From assembly GCA_951406725.2 (NCBI GenBank), contig OX597814.1:224564001-224628000 (forward strand): a stretch of 64,000 nucleotides of DNA, in the 5' to 3' direction. The DNA comes from Octopus vulgaris. Lineage: Eukaryota. The notes beneath the pieces were generated by a model that did not search any database, was not told the origin of the DNA, and worked only from the letters and a program-made list of their open reading frames with translations. The position numbers and the translations under genes are program-made. This document shows positions 12,359 to 26,514 of the stretch, piece after piece. Positions within the stretch are counted from its first letter, which is position 1. Each line of letters begins with the position of its first letter.

Positions 12359-13089
12359 AATTTTTCGTCTGAGTATTTTCCTCATATCAAAAACAAAGGG
12401 AGCTTTTCCTACTCCTTGGAAACCCCTCAAGATAAGTTTTGGTGTTTAGCAATCAATATTCTTTTCTCTTTTGGATTCGAAGTCAATTTTTTTTTCCAAA
12501 TTAATTTTGGTAATTTTTAGTTTTCACAAGAAAAAAATTCTGAAATGGGGTAAAATGAGTAATAACTAATTTCAATAATTTCTTCTCTTTCACTGCATAG
12601 ACCTTAAATAGATCAGGAAGAGAACCACTCCAGAAATTCGTGAAGAAGCCATAGAAAATATTTTATGTTGAGTTTTTAGATTTAGTCGAGTTTCGTTAAT
12701 TTCGTATCATGCGTTATTTTTTCATGATCCTGTTACATTTGACCCAGATATTAAAAATTTTTGTTACATTTCTGATTTTCCTGAAGTCTAAAGATGAATA
12801 TTAATGTGTATGAGTCTTTTTACAATTGTAATTCTGGAGATTTTTTAATTGTAGAGACAAACTTACCTTATTTTGTCTTACTCATTTAACATTTTTGTTT
12901 CCATATGCTCAAAAAGAACGGAGGTAATTTTTCTGAAATAGTGTTCTTCATATGTTAGTGCTTTTAATGAATTTGCATCGCCGATATAGTTTTTGTAAGA
13001 CAGTAAACATTTGTAAAAGATTTTTTTTTCTCAAAGTCAAAAATGCAGTAAATATTACTCATTATGAACCACTCACCCCTTACTGAGTT

Positions 13090-13610
13090 CAAATACTGCC
13101 GAAGCCCGCTTGGATGGTAGACTTAATTCCATTTGGCACATTGGATATCATTAGGGAAGTCCATTCCGTTCGAAGTAATTCGAACCAAGTCTCCCGTTTG
13201 ACGACACCTTCCTCCTTACCTCAGCAGGGTTCACGAATTTTTAAAACGTTTACTAGCGTACTGTGTGTATAGCTATTTTCATATCTCGTCAATTTGAACC
13301 GATTACTTGACCGGTCTGGCAACACAAGTAGCACTCGGAATCCCTGTTCGATCTAAACACTGGTAGTTTAAAGGCATATGAATCATTTTGAAAATCTCAG
13401 TAGCAGATGATTCGATTTTCAGGCAAAAAGTGTAAAGCAGAAATGATGCAAGGATTTTTCAGTCACTCGAGCAAACGTTGCAAAACGTCGTGTTATAAGT
13501 CTACGAAGCACGTTTGCATACAGGGTCAGCAGAGGGATCATCAACTGTGCGCACATTTCCGTTGAAGCGGAGCACAGCACACATTCTTAGGAAACTTTCT
13601 GATAATACCT
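13090..13610 (+). pseudogene. Decayed LRR fragment
   Basis: YLVNLNRLLDRSGNT; RVISLRST; multiple stops and frameshifts. Confidence 0.45.
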
Positions 13611-13650
13611 ACTGTGCTTCTGTGCGTGTGTGTATGTGTGTGTGTGCCTC

Positions 13651-13691
<41 letters not shown>

Positions 13692-13896
13692 CTCTCTGTG
13701 TGTGAGTGTGTCTGTACATACATATATAGACACACACTTATACATAAATACACTGAGATACAAACATACATAAACACACACACACAAACACACACACACA
13801 TGTATGTATGTATGTATGTATGTATGTATGTATGTATGTATGCATGTATGTATAAAGGCCTGAACAGATTTTATATATTTCTTGTACATAAATATA

Positions 13897-13969
<73 letters not shown>

Positions 13970-14014
13970 ATATACATGGATACAAAAACATATATGTTTA
14001 TTTATATATATATA

Positions 14015-14315
14015 AGTATCGCCCGGCGTTGCTCGGGTTTGTAAGGGAAATAACTATATAAGCATTTTTAGAGAGTTACTTCCCTTATATAACCCGAGCA
14101 AAAATCATTAAAAATGCGGAAAAATAATGGTAATTTTTTTTTTAATCGTAGACTCATCGTAGACGCGTGCTAATACCCAGAAGGGCTCGATATGAATGAC
14201 AACTATAAGATACCCGCTTTTGGTTAAACTGCACCGCAAAATGTGGGAGTAGTTAGGAATCTAAATTGGAGGAGACAAAGTCTCACACACACAACTTAAA
14301 TTTTATATATAAAGA
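14015..14315 (-). mobile_element. Non-autonomous Helitron (shorter copy)
   Basis: Reverse complement of 9129-9528, lacking the ~100 bp between the TCTCTAAAAATG direct repeats. Confidence 0.85.
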
Positions 14316-14320
14316 TATAT

Positions 14321-14621
14321 CACCGTGACCGACCAGGCTATCAGATATTGCTACACATCGCTGGTCACAATGCGCTTCGCAATGTTTTAGCCTTCAAATG
14401 ACGACATCCCGCTGGCTAAGCGAGCAGGCCGGCAGAAGAAAAAGTGAGAGAAAGTTGTGGCGAAAGAGTACAGCAGGGATCGCCACCACCCACTGCCGGA
14501 GCCTCGGGGAGCTTTAGGTGTTTTCGCTCAATAAACACTCACAACGCCCGGTCTGGGAATCGAAACCGCGATCCTCCGACCGCGAGTCCACTGCACTAAC
14601 CACTGGGCCATTGCGCCTCCA
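14321..14621 (-). mobile_element. Family-C SINE with an alternative 3' tail
   Basis: Head and body match 5820-6005; tail unrelated to 6010-6123. Confidence 0.8.
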
Positions 14622-14812
14622 TACATATAGCCTCTATATACATATAGCAATATGTATACATACATAATTTACACATACATGCATGCATATATATATATAT
14701 ATATATATAAACATCAGTTATGCAATGTTTCACCAAGATGTACATATGTACATATATATATATATATATATATGTGTGTGTATGTGTGTGTGAGTGTGTG
14801 TGTGTGTGTGTG

Positions 14813-14868
<56 letters not shown>

Positions 14869-14879
14869 GTGGCTCTGGT

Positions 14880-15610
14880 GGTTTGTGCATTATAGAAGTC
14901 TGATGTTATTAGATAAATGTTGTAATGTCTGACATAGTGTCTCTATAACATGAAGTTTCCACGACAATATATATCGCAGCACTGCAGCAAAATACAGCAT
15001 TTAGTTTAATTTTTTCTGAGCTATGCATGTACAAATAAATATGCTGTTGAAAGAACTCGGGCGAGCACATAAACATTCATCCACATATATATAGACATAC
15101 GCACGCACATATATACTATTTGTGAGAGCGTCAGTTCGTGTGTGCATACTTGTGACATCCGTTCTCATATGTAAGCAGCGAGATTATATTTTTGCTTATG
15201 TGTATACATATGCACACCATACATGTATACATACATACACGCATACATGATAAGTATCTCATCATGTCAGATGATAGCTGTTTCATATTCAGCATGCTTT
15301 TTCTGATTTGCTTTCATCTTGCGTCTATGCAGATATCCATTGCCATAGGACTCTATAAAATAGGAAACGGATCAAGAAATGAAATGATAGTGAGACATCT
15401 GTATATTACTGGATTTATGTGACAAAAGCTTGTCCAACACTTTTGCCGCCCTCCCAGTCGCCATAGCAGGTTTTAGTGACAAGCATTGCAAGATGACTGG
15501 TCGTATATTGACTGCAAGTTTTATGACGGAGTATCTTTCTCCTAGAAGCGATACATTCTCCACAGTTTTGTCAAAAATAACAGGACTCTCTTCTACCTCA
15601 GAGAAAACCA
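14880..15610 (+). pseudogene. Decayed LRR fragments
   Basis: RSLMLLDKC; ICILLDLCDKSLSNT..DKHCKMTGRIL. Confidence 0.45.
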
Positions 15611-15822
15611 TTTAACCCATAGATCGGACCCTGACAAGTACTACTGTTCCAGGTTAGAACAGCCCTGGGAGTAATGGTACTTAAGGGGTTATTCCACGCT
15701 ATCAACAAATGCAGAATTCTCCAACTAGAGCAATACGACCGGATGCAGTTTATTGTCGTACCCAGGATATATACATACATACATACATACATACTTACAT
15801 ACATACATATGTACATACATAC

Positions 15823-16062
15823 ACTAGGTTTTATTAGTAAATGCTTAAAGAATTTGGATAAACTAGGATTTTCAGAAAGAGAAATCGACCGGCTAATTCG
15901 GACATTACAAGTGCAATCTGTGACTGGAACAGTAAAATTATATGCAAGTTCCAAATGCGAATTTGTCTGTGTTAAATACATCCCAAAGATAGAGCCTTGT
16001 ATCTTTTCTGGAAACCGGCACCCTCTTCAGTGGAAGATTTATAATAATTAAAAAATAGAAGA
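15823..16062 (+). mobile_element. 3' end of an RLE-type non-LTR retrotransposon inserted in (TACA)n
   Basis: LGFISKCLKNLDKLGFSEREIDRLIRTLQVQSVTGTVK resembles the post-GALG C-terminus of R4-like ORFs; CATA repeats on both flanks. Confidence 0.5.
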
Positions 16063-16427
16063 TACATACATACATACATACATACATATACGAATACACA
16101 CATACATGCATGCATACATACATACATACATACATACATTCATTCATACATACATACATACATACATACATACATACATACATACATACATACATACATA
16201 CATACATACATGCATACATACATACATACATACATACATACATACATGAATGCATACATACATACATTCATTCATACATTCATACATACATACATACATG
16301 CATACATATACGAATACACACATACATGCATGCATACATACATACATACATACATACATACATACATACATACAAACATACATACATACATACATACATA
16401 CATACATACATACATACATACATACAT

Positions 16428-16625
16428 AGCCCTCACTATTCTCGGTATAGTACACATCGCTCACACGCACGGAAGCCAGGTGCGAAAGTATCTCCAGTCG
16501 AATCAAAGCAACAAATTTATGGCCCTATCAATGTCCCATCCTTCACCCGCCCATCTTTTTAAATATAAGCCATCCTGGATTTTCTTTACAGGATTAAAAA
16601 ATTCTTCAGTCCGGGACAATTAATA
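16428..16625 (+). pseudogene. Decayed LRR fragment
   Basis: ALTILGIVH..(GAK/RKYL)..FMALSMSH..IFFTGLKNSSV. Confidence 0.45.
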
Positions 16626-16925
16626 ATTCTCCATAAAGTTCAAATGAATCACACAGTAGTTAACATATACAGCACAAATCTCGTCCGAAGATCTGATTTT
16701 GAAACTCATACTTTAGAAATTTGAGCTTCAACTTAATAGATATGTTTTGATGCTAAGTATCAAATACATTCGTTTTTCTTCTTGCTTCCAAATATGCCAT
16801 GCATTTAAGTGTTTTTTACAAGGAACAGGCATATCCACTCATGCATGCCCACACGGACATATGTTTTATGTTTAAGTGTTTATATGTGCGGTTGTGTGTG
16901 TATTATACGTATATAATATATAGCA

Positions 16926-16975
<50 letters not shown>

Positions 16976-17040
16976 GGCGGTGCCCCAGCATGGCCACAGC
17001 TCATTAGCTGAAACTGGAAAATCAAATCAAATCAAATCAA

Positions 17041-17044
<4 letters not shown>
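16976..17044 (+). mobile_element. Extreme 3' stub of a CR1/L2-type LINE in (TA)n
   Basis: GGCGGTGCCCCAGCATGGCCACAGCTCATTAGCTGAAAC plus (AAATC)n tail; matches the LINE end at 36895-36935. Confidence 0.65.
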
Positions 17045-17081
<37 letters not shown>

Positions 17082-17316
17082 CAAGAAGGGTAGTAATATT
17101 ATTTACTACCAGGTGCCCAGCACAAAAGACGAATTAGTCATAAGACAAAAATATTATTCATATAGAAAAATATCATTCATGTAGTTATACAATTAAGTAT
17201 AAAAACCGCGGTACGAGTTGTTAAAGTTATCGGTAAACGTTTTTGATTTTCACTCTCGATAAATTCATCCCCTTTTTGTGTTCCCAGCACTCGGCATCTT
17301 TATTTAGGAGCCCTTA

Positions 17317-17412
<96 letters not shown>

Positions 17413-17414
<2 letters not shown>

Positions 17415-17640
17415 GAGTGGGTGTTGAATCGTTCCTGGCATTGGATAAAAGAAGATACAGGACGATTAGTTAATTATGGTTATATCTAAAATATTCCTCT
17501 TTCAGATTCACACACTTATTGCAGCGGTCCTTCAGTTTTCCTGAGCCCTGTAAAAGGTCTCGGAAGTCTGGGCCTCCAGTCAGGCCTTTCGTGACGCTCT
17601 TAGAGCCAGGAACTTTTCAGGAACACGGCACCCCGCGCCG
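17413..17640. mobile_element. Mariner MITE family M (diverged)
   Basis: CACACTTATTGCAGCGGTCCTTCAG core and degenerate TIRs. Confidence 0.7.
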
Positions 17641-17860
17641 TGTATATGCTCAAGAAGATAAGGCTATTTTTTCCAGTGCAGAAACCGGTCCAGGTGAGTC
17701 CAAATACTTAAATGTATGTTGGGAGATTGTCTTAACCTTATTTGCCTTCGGTTGATTTCTGTAGTTATCATCAGTGTATTTTGGCGATTTAAATAAGAGT
17801 TTTGACTGTTTTTTCCAGCAGGTAGATATAGTTAGCATGTCTTTTGATTAATTTTAATCC

Positions 17861-18305
<445 letters not shown>

Positions 18306-18446
18306 ATATATACCTATCTCACGCTAAATGTGTATGTGTGAGTGAGTGGAGTGCGTGTGTATGTGCGTGTGAGTGTCAGTGTGTAAATATATATAAATAT
18401 GTATATTCAAATGCATTATATATGCATATATATATAGACATACATG

Positions 18447-18477
<31 letters not shown>

Positions 18478-18695
18478 ACACACAATGTATATATTCTTTT
18501 GATACAGTCCTATGATTTTGGTATCAACAGAAACCTTATGTGCCCAGTGTTTTGGCATCAGCGGAAATGAAAATAAGCTCCAGTTGTAAATTAATTTTAT
18601 GCTTGTATACAGCCGGGGAAAACCTCCCTATTTTCGACTACCCTCCTATCTATTTTTCTCTCCCTCTCTCCCTCTCAATATATATACATATGTAA

Positions 18696-18820
<125 letters not shown>

Positions 18821-18825
18821 CTAAG

Positions 18826-19284
18826 TAATTAAGGGTTTAGCAACGATTTGCCTCACCACACACCGAATTTAGAAATAGCAGTCAAAGAGTTATAGCTATT
18901 CTTTCTACTAAAAGGGAGATCTCAGTAAAACCACAGCACTTGAAAGGCAAACACGGACAGGCAAGAGAGAAAGAAATGACGGCAATCTATCATACAATTT
19001 TAAGTCACCTACGGACGTACGTTTCGAAATTAAGTTTTAGGAAAGCATAAGAATTAGATAATTATGTTTTACCCAACTTCTTTTCTCATCAGCGTAGGAC
19101 ACTACAATTATGAATAATTGTATATTAAATTTCGAGATACTAGAAGGCATCATCTCAACTCAGTATCAAAGCGAGCTAAAACCGTTACCAGTATCACCAA
19201 ATTCAAAGTGTGAATGAAAGTTTGTGTCACCAACCCCTTCCCACCAGCGTGTAGCCAAGACAAGATGTTGTGGTCATTTACTGG

Positions 19285-19288
<4 letters not shown>
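18826..19288 (-). mobile_element. Hammerhead-bearing pLTR/retrozyme-like cassette (family F)
   Basis: Lies between microsatellites; 18826-19110 is homologous to 61315-61592. Confidence 0.65.
19008..19098 (-). ncRNA. Type I hammerhead ribozyme
   Basis: CCTACG-CTGATGA-[long stem II GAAA..TTTC]-GAAA-CGTACG-TC-CGTAGG. Confidence 0.85.
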
Positions 19289-19353
<65 letters not shown>

Positions 19354-19384
19354 AATATATATAATATATATGAACATATATATA

Positions 19385-19789
19385 GGCGCAGGAGTGGCTA
19401 TGTGGTAAGTAGCTTGCTTACCAATCGCATGGTTCTGAGTTCAGTCCAACTGCGTGACACCTTGGGCAAGTGTCTTCTACTATAGCCTCGGGCCGACCAG
19501 GGCCTTGTGAGTGGATTTGGTAGACGGAAACTGAAAGAAGCCTGTCGTATATATGTATATATATATGTATGTGTGCGTGTGTGTTTGTGTGTCTGTGTTT
19601 GTCCCTCTAGCATTGCTTGACAACCGATGCTGGTGTATTTATGTCCCCGTTACTTAGCAGTTCGGCAAGAGATCGATAGAATAAGTACTGGGCTTACAAA
19701 GAATAAGTCCCGGGGTCGACTTGCTCGATTAAAGGCGGTGCTCCAGCATGGCCGCAGTCAAATGACTGAAACGAGTAAAAGAGTAAAAG
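19385..19789 (+). mobile_element. Full-length tRNA/CORE-like SINE (family A)
   Basis: GGCGCAGGAGTGGCT..head, CCTTGGGCAAG core, internal TA/TG microsatellite, LINE-like tail GGCGGTGCTCCAGCATGGCCGCAGTCAAATGACTGAAAC plus (GAGTAAAA)n. Confidence 0.9.
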
Positions 19790-19809
19790 AATATGTACAT
19801 ATATATGCG

Positions 19810-19873
<64 letters not shown>

Positions 19874-20302
19874 TATACACACAGTTTCATAAATTTGTAC
19901 ACACACTGAATCGACATTTACATTGGTACTGACTAATCTTAAACGGGAATGTGTTGTCACTTTCTCAGTGACTAAAATTTTATATTGCTCTGAACTTAAA
20001 CAGTGTAGAGGAAAACAAACACGCATAACTATATAAATAAATACGTGTATAAACATATACATACATAGACACACACTCACTCACACACACATCCGCGCGC
20101 GTACAGACACACACACATAGAATACAAGCACATTTCATTAAAATTAAGAAAAGCCCATGGGGTTTAATGTTACTGTAAGACTTTTAAAGGAACTGAAGCA
20201 TGGTGATGCGATGAGTCACTTGACATAGAATAATTTGTACGAGCAAATGAAGGAAATGAAGTAGGAGCATATATGTAAATAGATTCCATATATATGTATG
20301 TA

Positions 20303-20347
<45 letters not shown>

Positions 20348-20447
20348 TACATATCTATATGTGCATATAAACACACATAAACACATATAACCATGCATAT
20401 AAGAATATTTGCATATATGTATATGTATACGTATATGTGTATATATG

Positions 20448-20499
<52 letters not shown>

Positions 20500-20575
20500 C
20501 ATACGTATAAATGTAGGCGTACGTATATATATAGAAACATATACGCATATCTATGTATATATATGTATATGTATG

Positions 20576-20661
<86 letters not shown>

Positions 20662-20673
20662 CATATATATATA

Positions 20674-20730
<57 letters not shown>

Positions 20731-20734
<4 letters not shown>

Positions 20735-20989
20735 GAATACCAAAAATGGGACAAGAATGCAAAACATCCAGGTCAGACGATACAAATAAACAAGGACGGG
20801 TCATTCGGAGTTTTCTTTCCTCAGTCGAATTCCAGATTATCTTTGCAATTTCGGCTTGTTATACTCGAGATTGCTCCAGTCTTGCCAGCCACAAGGAAAC
20901 TGCCTCTACCTCTCTCTTTCTCTCTCTTCTCTCCCCACGTGACCGGTATTCGGCTAAGCCTGACCTTTCTTTCTTGGTTCGACTACTAT

Positions 20990-20991
<2 letters not shown>
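20731..20991 (-). repeat. TA-embedded pLTR-like repeat (family G)
   Basis: Homologous to 17965-18125; (TA)n on both sides. Confidence 0.55.
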
Positions 20992-21064
<73 letters not shown>

Positions 21065-21079
21065 GATAGAGAGATAGAG

Positions 21080-21152
<73 letters not shown>

Positions 21153-22349
21153 TAAATGAATCACACATAATATATATATATATACACACACATATATATA
21201 CACATATTCATATATAGATACATACATACATGCACGCATACATACATACATAAATGCATACATATGAATATAGGTGTGCGTAAATATATATAGAAACATG
21301 TACGCATGTATGTGTGTGTGTCTATATACGCACACAAACATATACGTATAATTGTTTGCGTACGCACACACGCAAACATATATGCATAATTGCATGTGCA
21401 CGCACATGCACATACACACACATATGACACATATGTCTGTATATGCAAGCATATATATATATACATACATAGGTAATCATATATATCTCATAACTATTGT
21501 AATACTTTTATTACGTCTATGTATATATAACTGTATTTTCACATGTGTCTATAGTGTATATGTCTATACTTGTATTTGTATACTATTAATACTAGTTTTC
21601 CTTTAAATTTTTTTTTACTTTTCACTTTCCGTTTCTTATCTTCTGAAACACATGAACCAAACTCTTAGGATCAATTTTCACTTTGCCAGCCAATCAAAAC
21701 TCACAGAACAGTCGCTTGCCCACCGCGCCCATTCTCATGAAAGCTAACTAGCTTAAATCTGACGCTAAAACTTTTCTGCATTGTGCTTCTTATTGTGCTA
21801 GAAATAACATATAACTGTGTGAAGAATATTGTCTATCTTCTGAAATGTCACCAGGAATGACTGCAGCCTACTAAATCGGAAGACACACACACACACACAC
21901 ACACTAGGTTTGAAAGAAGGCTCTGTCGTATCTTTGACACGAAAACTTTGAGGGAACGTTTTCAATTCTTAAGCTAAAAATAAGCATTAATTTTTGCATT
22001 CTAATATGGTTTTCTTTGCAGATTACTTTATACCGTCGTGGTTAAATTCGTATCGATTTTAACCCTTTTATAATGAGTTGATTTTAACCCTTTTAAAATT
22101 AGTTTAGCTCGGATTTATGCATGCTGTGTGAATTCTGGTTAAAAATATTCGTTCTGTGTATAGACACTAAGCTTTACGTGTCCGGACTTGCGATCGTGTC
22201 CGGACTTGTGTCCGGACTTGCTTCGCTCGGTAAATTTTTCTCTCGAAGATTCCTCTTCATGTGGACGACCCAGTTATGTCAAATTTGAGCTTCTGAAACC
22301 CGTTGTAGGTCGGGAAAATCCAAAGCAAAATGCAAAATAATCCAATGCA

Positions 22350-22680
22350 AGTCAGAGTTCATAAAATACCTTCATAAACTAGAAATTATTATCAAAAGTT
22401 GGTCAGTGTGTCCCTCAACCTCTGAATGCTTCTCAGCTTAACAGAAAAATTTCCCTCTGCTTGACATTGAAGAGCAGACATGCTGTGGAAACTTTCTTCA
22501 ATACAATCATTTCCTACAAAAATGACAATGGTTAGCACTAATGAAAAAGGAGAATCCACCTCAAAAGCAGGCTTGCACTCGAGAAATTTATGCCCTGCGT
22601 TCGGTTAAATATGAAGAGTGTCATCTATCATTAAGTGTTTAACCAAAACGAAACAGTGCGGAGAAGTATTACCGCCAGGT
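22350..22680 (+). pseudogene. Decayed LRR fragment
   Basis: LHKLEII..VCPSTSECFSA*..CCGNFLQ; LRSVKYEECHLS. Confidence 0.4.
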
Positions 22681-22684
22681 GGAT

Positions 22685-23012
22685 ACAATGTACAAAAATT
22701 TACTGATAAAGTACCTCCCATTATTAGTCAACTGTTACGCAAAAATGAAAATAACACTGACATCTCATTTTAACAGATACATTTACCAAAATTACATGAA
22801 AATATCTTGAAATACTAAAGAGTAAATTTATTCAATAAAATCGCCATTGGCTTCAACCACAACCTCCAAACGACTTCAGAATCTCCTGCAACTCTTCTGG
22901 ATGGCCTTCTTGTTTAAGTTGGTGAATGCTGCCATAATCCTTGCCTTCAGTTCATCTTTGGTGGTACTAGGAGTTTTGTTGGTCTCTCACTCCACTGCAT
23001 CCCACAGATAAA
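22685..23012 (-). mobile_element. Tc1/maT-like transposase 3' remnant
   Basis: YLWDAVE*ETNKTPSTTKDELKARIMAAFTNLNK..SCRRF*SRLEVVVEANGDFIE*. Confidence 0.7.
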
Positions 23013-23248
23013 AATCGGCTTCTTGTTATATGCTCATCAAGTTCAGGAATGATGAAAGCAAATAATAGTATAGAAACGCAAAAAATTCAAATATGAACAT
23101 GGAAATCATGCGTTCCGGTTTAGATAAAATGACTCTAATCAGCTTTCGCTGTTATAACTGCTTAGAGGGAAAAGAAGACAGGAGAAAGGAAGATTAGTAC
23201 TTAGACAAGTAGTTTCATGTTCGTGCATACACACACGCACACACACAC

Positions 23249-23316
<68 letters not shown>

Positions 23317-23465
23317 CCATCCTTTCAATATTGAGTGTCGGAAGAAAAAGCACTCGATACATTAAAGATTGATAATATTTTTATTTTGATCTTTGCTACA
23401 CTGAGTTTCGCCTGTAGGTGTACAGAGTCTTCAAGCAATTTACGACTGAATGAAATAGCGAAAAC

Positions 23466-23510
<45 letters not shown>

Positions 23511-23666
23511 ACCCTCACGGGCTATCCTTTACTGGAAAGCAATACTCTCGTATTGCATTACTATTTTCATTGAAACTTCTTCACTGTTCTCGTTCTGTTA
23601 ACGTTTTGGCGTTCGGACGAGTGTACTGGCATAGATGTGGCAACATTTGAAATATTGTCGAGGTTT

Positions 23667-23739
23667 ATGCAGCTGATGAAGATAAATCAAATATACGTTT
23701 GGCAAGCGTATTTTGAAAAATCCGAAACCGGTCCTGCAT
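23667..23739 (+). ncRNA. Type I hammerhead ribozyme in a TA-flanked cassette (~23505-23930)
   Basis: ATGCAG-CTGATGA-[hairpin stem II]-GAAA-CCGG-TC-CTGCAT. Confidence 0.8.
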
Positions 23740-23943
23740 TATCCGTTATCTAGGTTTTTCATTTTTCAGATGTTCTTCCTAGAGGTAAGACAATTTTTTT
23801 CATGTTTGTTGCACACACGCATCTTAACTAGTACATACGCAGTGAAGCTATACATTAGCGTCGTATTTATTACGTTCGCTATTTTCCAGTAGAGATCGGT
23901 GCTTCGCTGTACCATTTATTTACTTTTATATATATGTATATAC

Positions 23944-24056
<113 letters not shown>

Positions 24057-24329
24057 TGTATGTATGTATATGCAGAATTTCTGTCGTGAAAGAGAGATGA
24101 GATAAAGCGGAAAGAGGAGAAACAAAAAGAGAAGAGAAAGCAACAGAAAGAGAAAAGGAATCCTGCACACACACACACACCCCACACCAGACACATACAC
24201 ATGGGTGGGTGTGTATATGTGTATGTGTATGTGACTGTCCCATTATTTCCTTCAGTCGTAACTTGCCCAAAGACCCTTTGCACACAATTCACCAACGCAA
24301 TGCAAGTGTTATACTAGTCTTCAACTGGC

Positions 24330-24788
24330 TCCAGTTAGCTGAAGCAAAACTGATACGTTTTCTTTGACTACAAGCTTAGCACATCCATTTTTCGAGTTAG
24401 TTATTCACCTAAGTATGCTATGCATACTGGGGGAACAGACGAAAATTAATAGTTTCAGTGTGACAAGTACAAACTTAAGAACAACCATAGATTCCTGCTT
24501 CCCAATGTCTTCCTGACAAAGAACGCAAAATAACGTCATATAATCAGGGGCCGCACACGTGCGCACACACACACATACACACACGCACGCTACTTACGCT
24601 TAGCAGCGACGTATCGTGAGGTTGCTGGGCGTGTGGACTGCAAAGGGCAGCCAGTTTGTATACGTGTGTTTACTGTAATCGAAAGTATGTAACCTTTAAG
24701 GAACGGGACGGTCAAAAATACACGTTAGATTACTGAAACAAAGACCATATATATATCTATATCTAATACACAGACACACATACATACA

Positions 24789-24866
<78 letters not shown>

Positions 24867-24922
24867 CGCAAGCATGTACATGTACATAGAGATATACATG
24901 CACACATACATGCATATGTGCA

Positions 24923-24954
<32 letters not shown>

Positions 24955-25077
24955 CAAACGCTCAAACACGTACATATACATGCATACACACACACACACA
25001 CAGGGGGTTGAAAAGTCTTGAGCCTAAAAAAGAATTGTACAAGACTTCAAGGCTCAAAACTTTTCATACAACCTTCG

Positions 25078-25156
<79 letters not shown>

Positions 25157-26059
25157 TATAAAATCTAGATATGTGTTCGTACAGTTTGCTACGTTGCCAT
25201 TGTGGAAGGTTTGAACCCTGACATTCCCAGATGTATATTCAATGAACTATTGCAATGATATCTTAAGAACACTCTGCTTCCTACATAGACTAAAAATTGA
25301 AAAAAAAATGCAAATATCAGAAACATCAATGACCTTGCAACACTACCAGAGAGATATGCTCAGGAACAACAATTGTACAACTTTGCTAGCACGCCTTTCC
25401 TGTTGGCAACAATAGAAAGTGTTAGAACACAGTAAGAGGCATACTGAAAATGTAAAATGCACATACTCTCACGCTCCATTAAACCATTGTACGTCGGACA
25501 GTGTAATGTGATGCTTGACTTGAAAAAAAGTCTAATATATCTGGAATAATGAGTCTGTAGATTACTCTTAGCCTTTTGACCGACTTTACGACCGATTGGT
25601 GCGATACAATAAGAACAAATAAACCATGTCGTTAACTTCACGAAAACGATAAAAATGGCAAATGGCAGATAACGAGTTAGACTTGACGCCACGAGCAATA
25701 GTAAATATATGATAGTGAGACTGAGTACTAAACTGAATTTTTATATGTATTAGTCGGAGCGGGGTTCACCATTCGACTAATACATAATATAAAATTCCTG
25801 AGCTCAAAAATATAGAATTGATTTTTTTTTTTTTTTTTTTGTAATCTTACTTTTTCAATTATTGAATCAAAGCAATGGAGAGAGAAGACGCAGTGCTGCA
25901 GACAAAATTCTTGTCTCTATTTAATTTCGTCTATTTCTTTTAAAATTTATTTCGCCAATCAACACTCCAGAATTGATAAGATATAATAATGTAACAGAGA
26001 GAAAAGAGAAGAGAGAAAGGTGGGAGATTAAAGTGAGAGTGAAATAAAAAAAAATTGAC

Positions 26060-26101
<42 letters not shown>

Positions 26102-26430
26102 AATGTCTAGTACTCAGCTTGTTTAACAAGACTGACATACAAACCCACTGAACTGGTTTAGAAACTTGTCTCCGAGAGGAACAACAATAAATATAAATAT
26201 TTGATCTGTTACGTCGTTATCTTACTATTCTCTTTTATCAAACGCACCAACTTATTCTCCTTTTACCTTCTTTCTTTACTTCATTTCTTCTTTTTCACAG
26301 ATAATTAGTAGCAGAAATGTTACTTATATATTCCCTCCACATCGATTTTGAATACAATGATCTTATAGGTAGTTATAATTATTCACTCGTAAAAGTGTTG
26401 TGTAACGAACGTAATATTGGAGATGACATA
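24330..26430 (+). pseudogene. Several decayed LRR fragments (24330-24520, 25185-25550, 26100-26430)
   Basis: ILGEQTKINSFSVTSTNL; FLHRLKIEK..NDLATLPERYAQEQQL; IKPLYVGQCNV; LIYSLHIDFEYNDL..SLVKVLCNERNI after acceptor TTTTTCACAG. Confidence 0.45.
25001..25077. mobile_element. Minimal 77-bp mariner-like MITE
   Basis: Inverted ends GGGGTTGAAAAGTCTTGAGCCT / AGGCTCAAAACTTTTCATACAACCTTCG, then TA. Confidence 0.55.
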
Positions 26431-26514
26431 TGCCTGCATACATTATTCTGTTGTGCTCAATATAAATATATTTGTATATGCATTCATGTATATGTACATA
26501 TGTGTTTATCTATC

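Noticed and set aside
22178-22222. GTGTCCGGACTTG x3 (and the 18-bp x3 repeat at 37070-37125) as CRISPR-like arrays
   Set aside because: No unique spacers; simple slippage duplications in eukaryotic DNA
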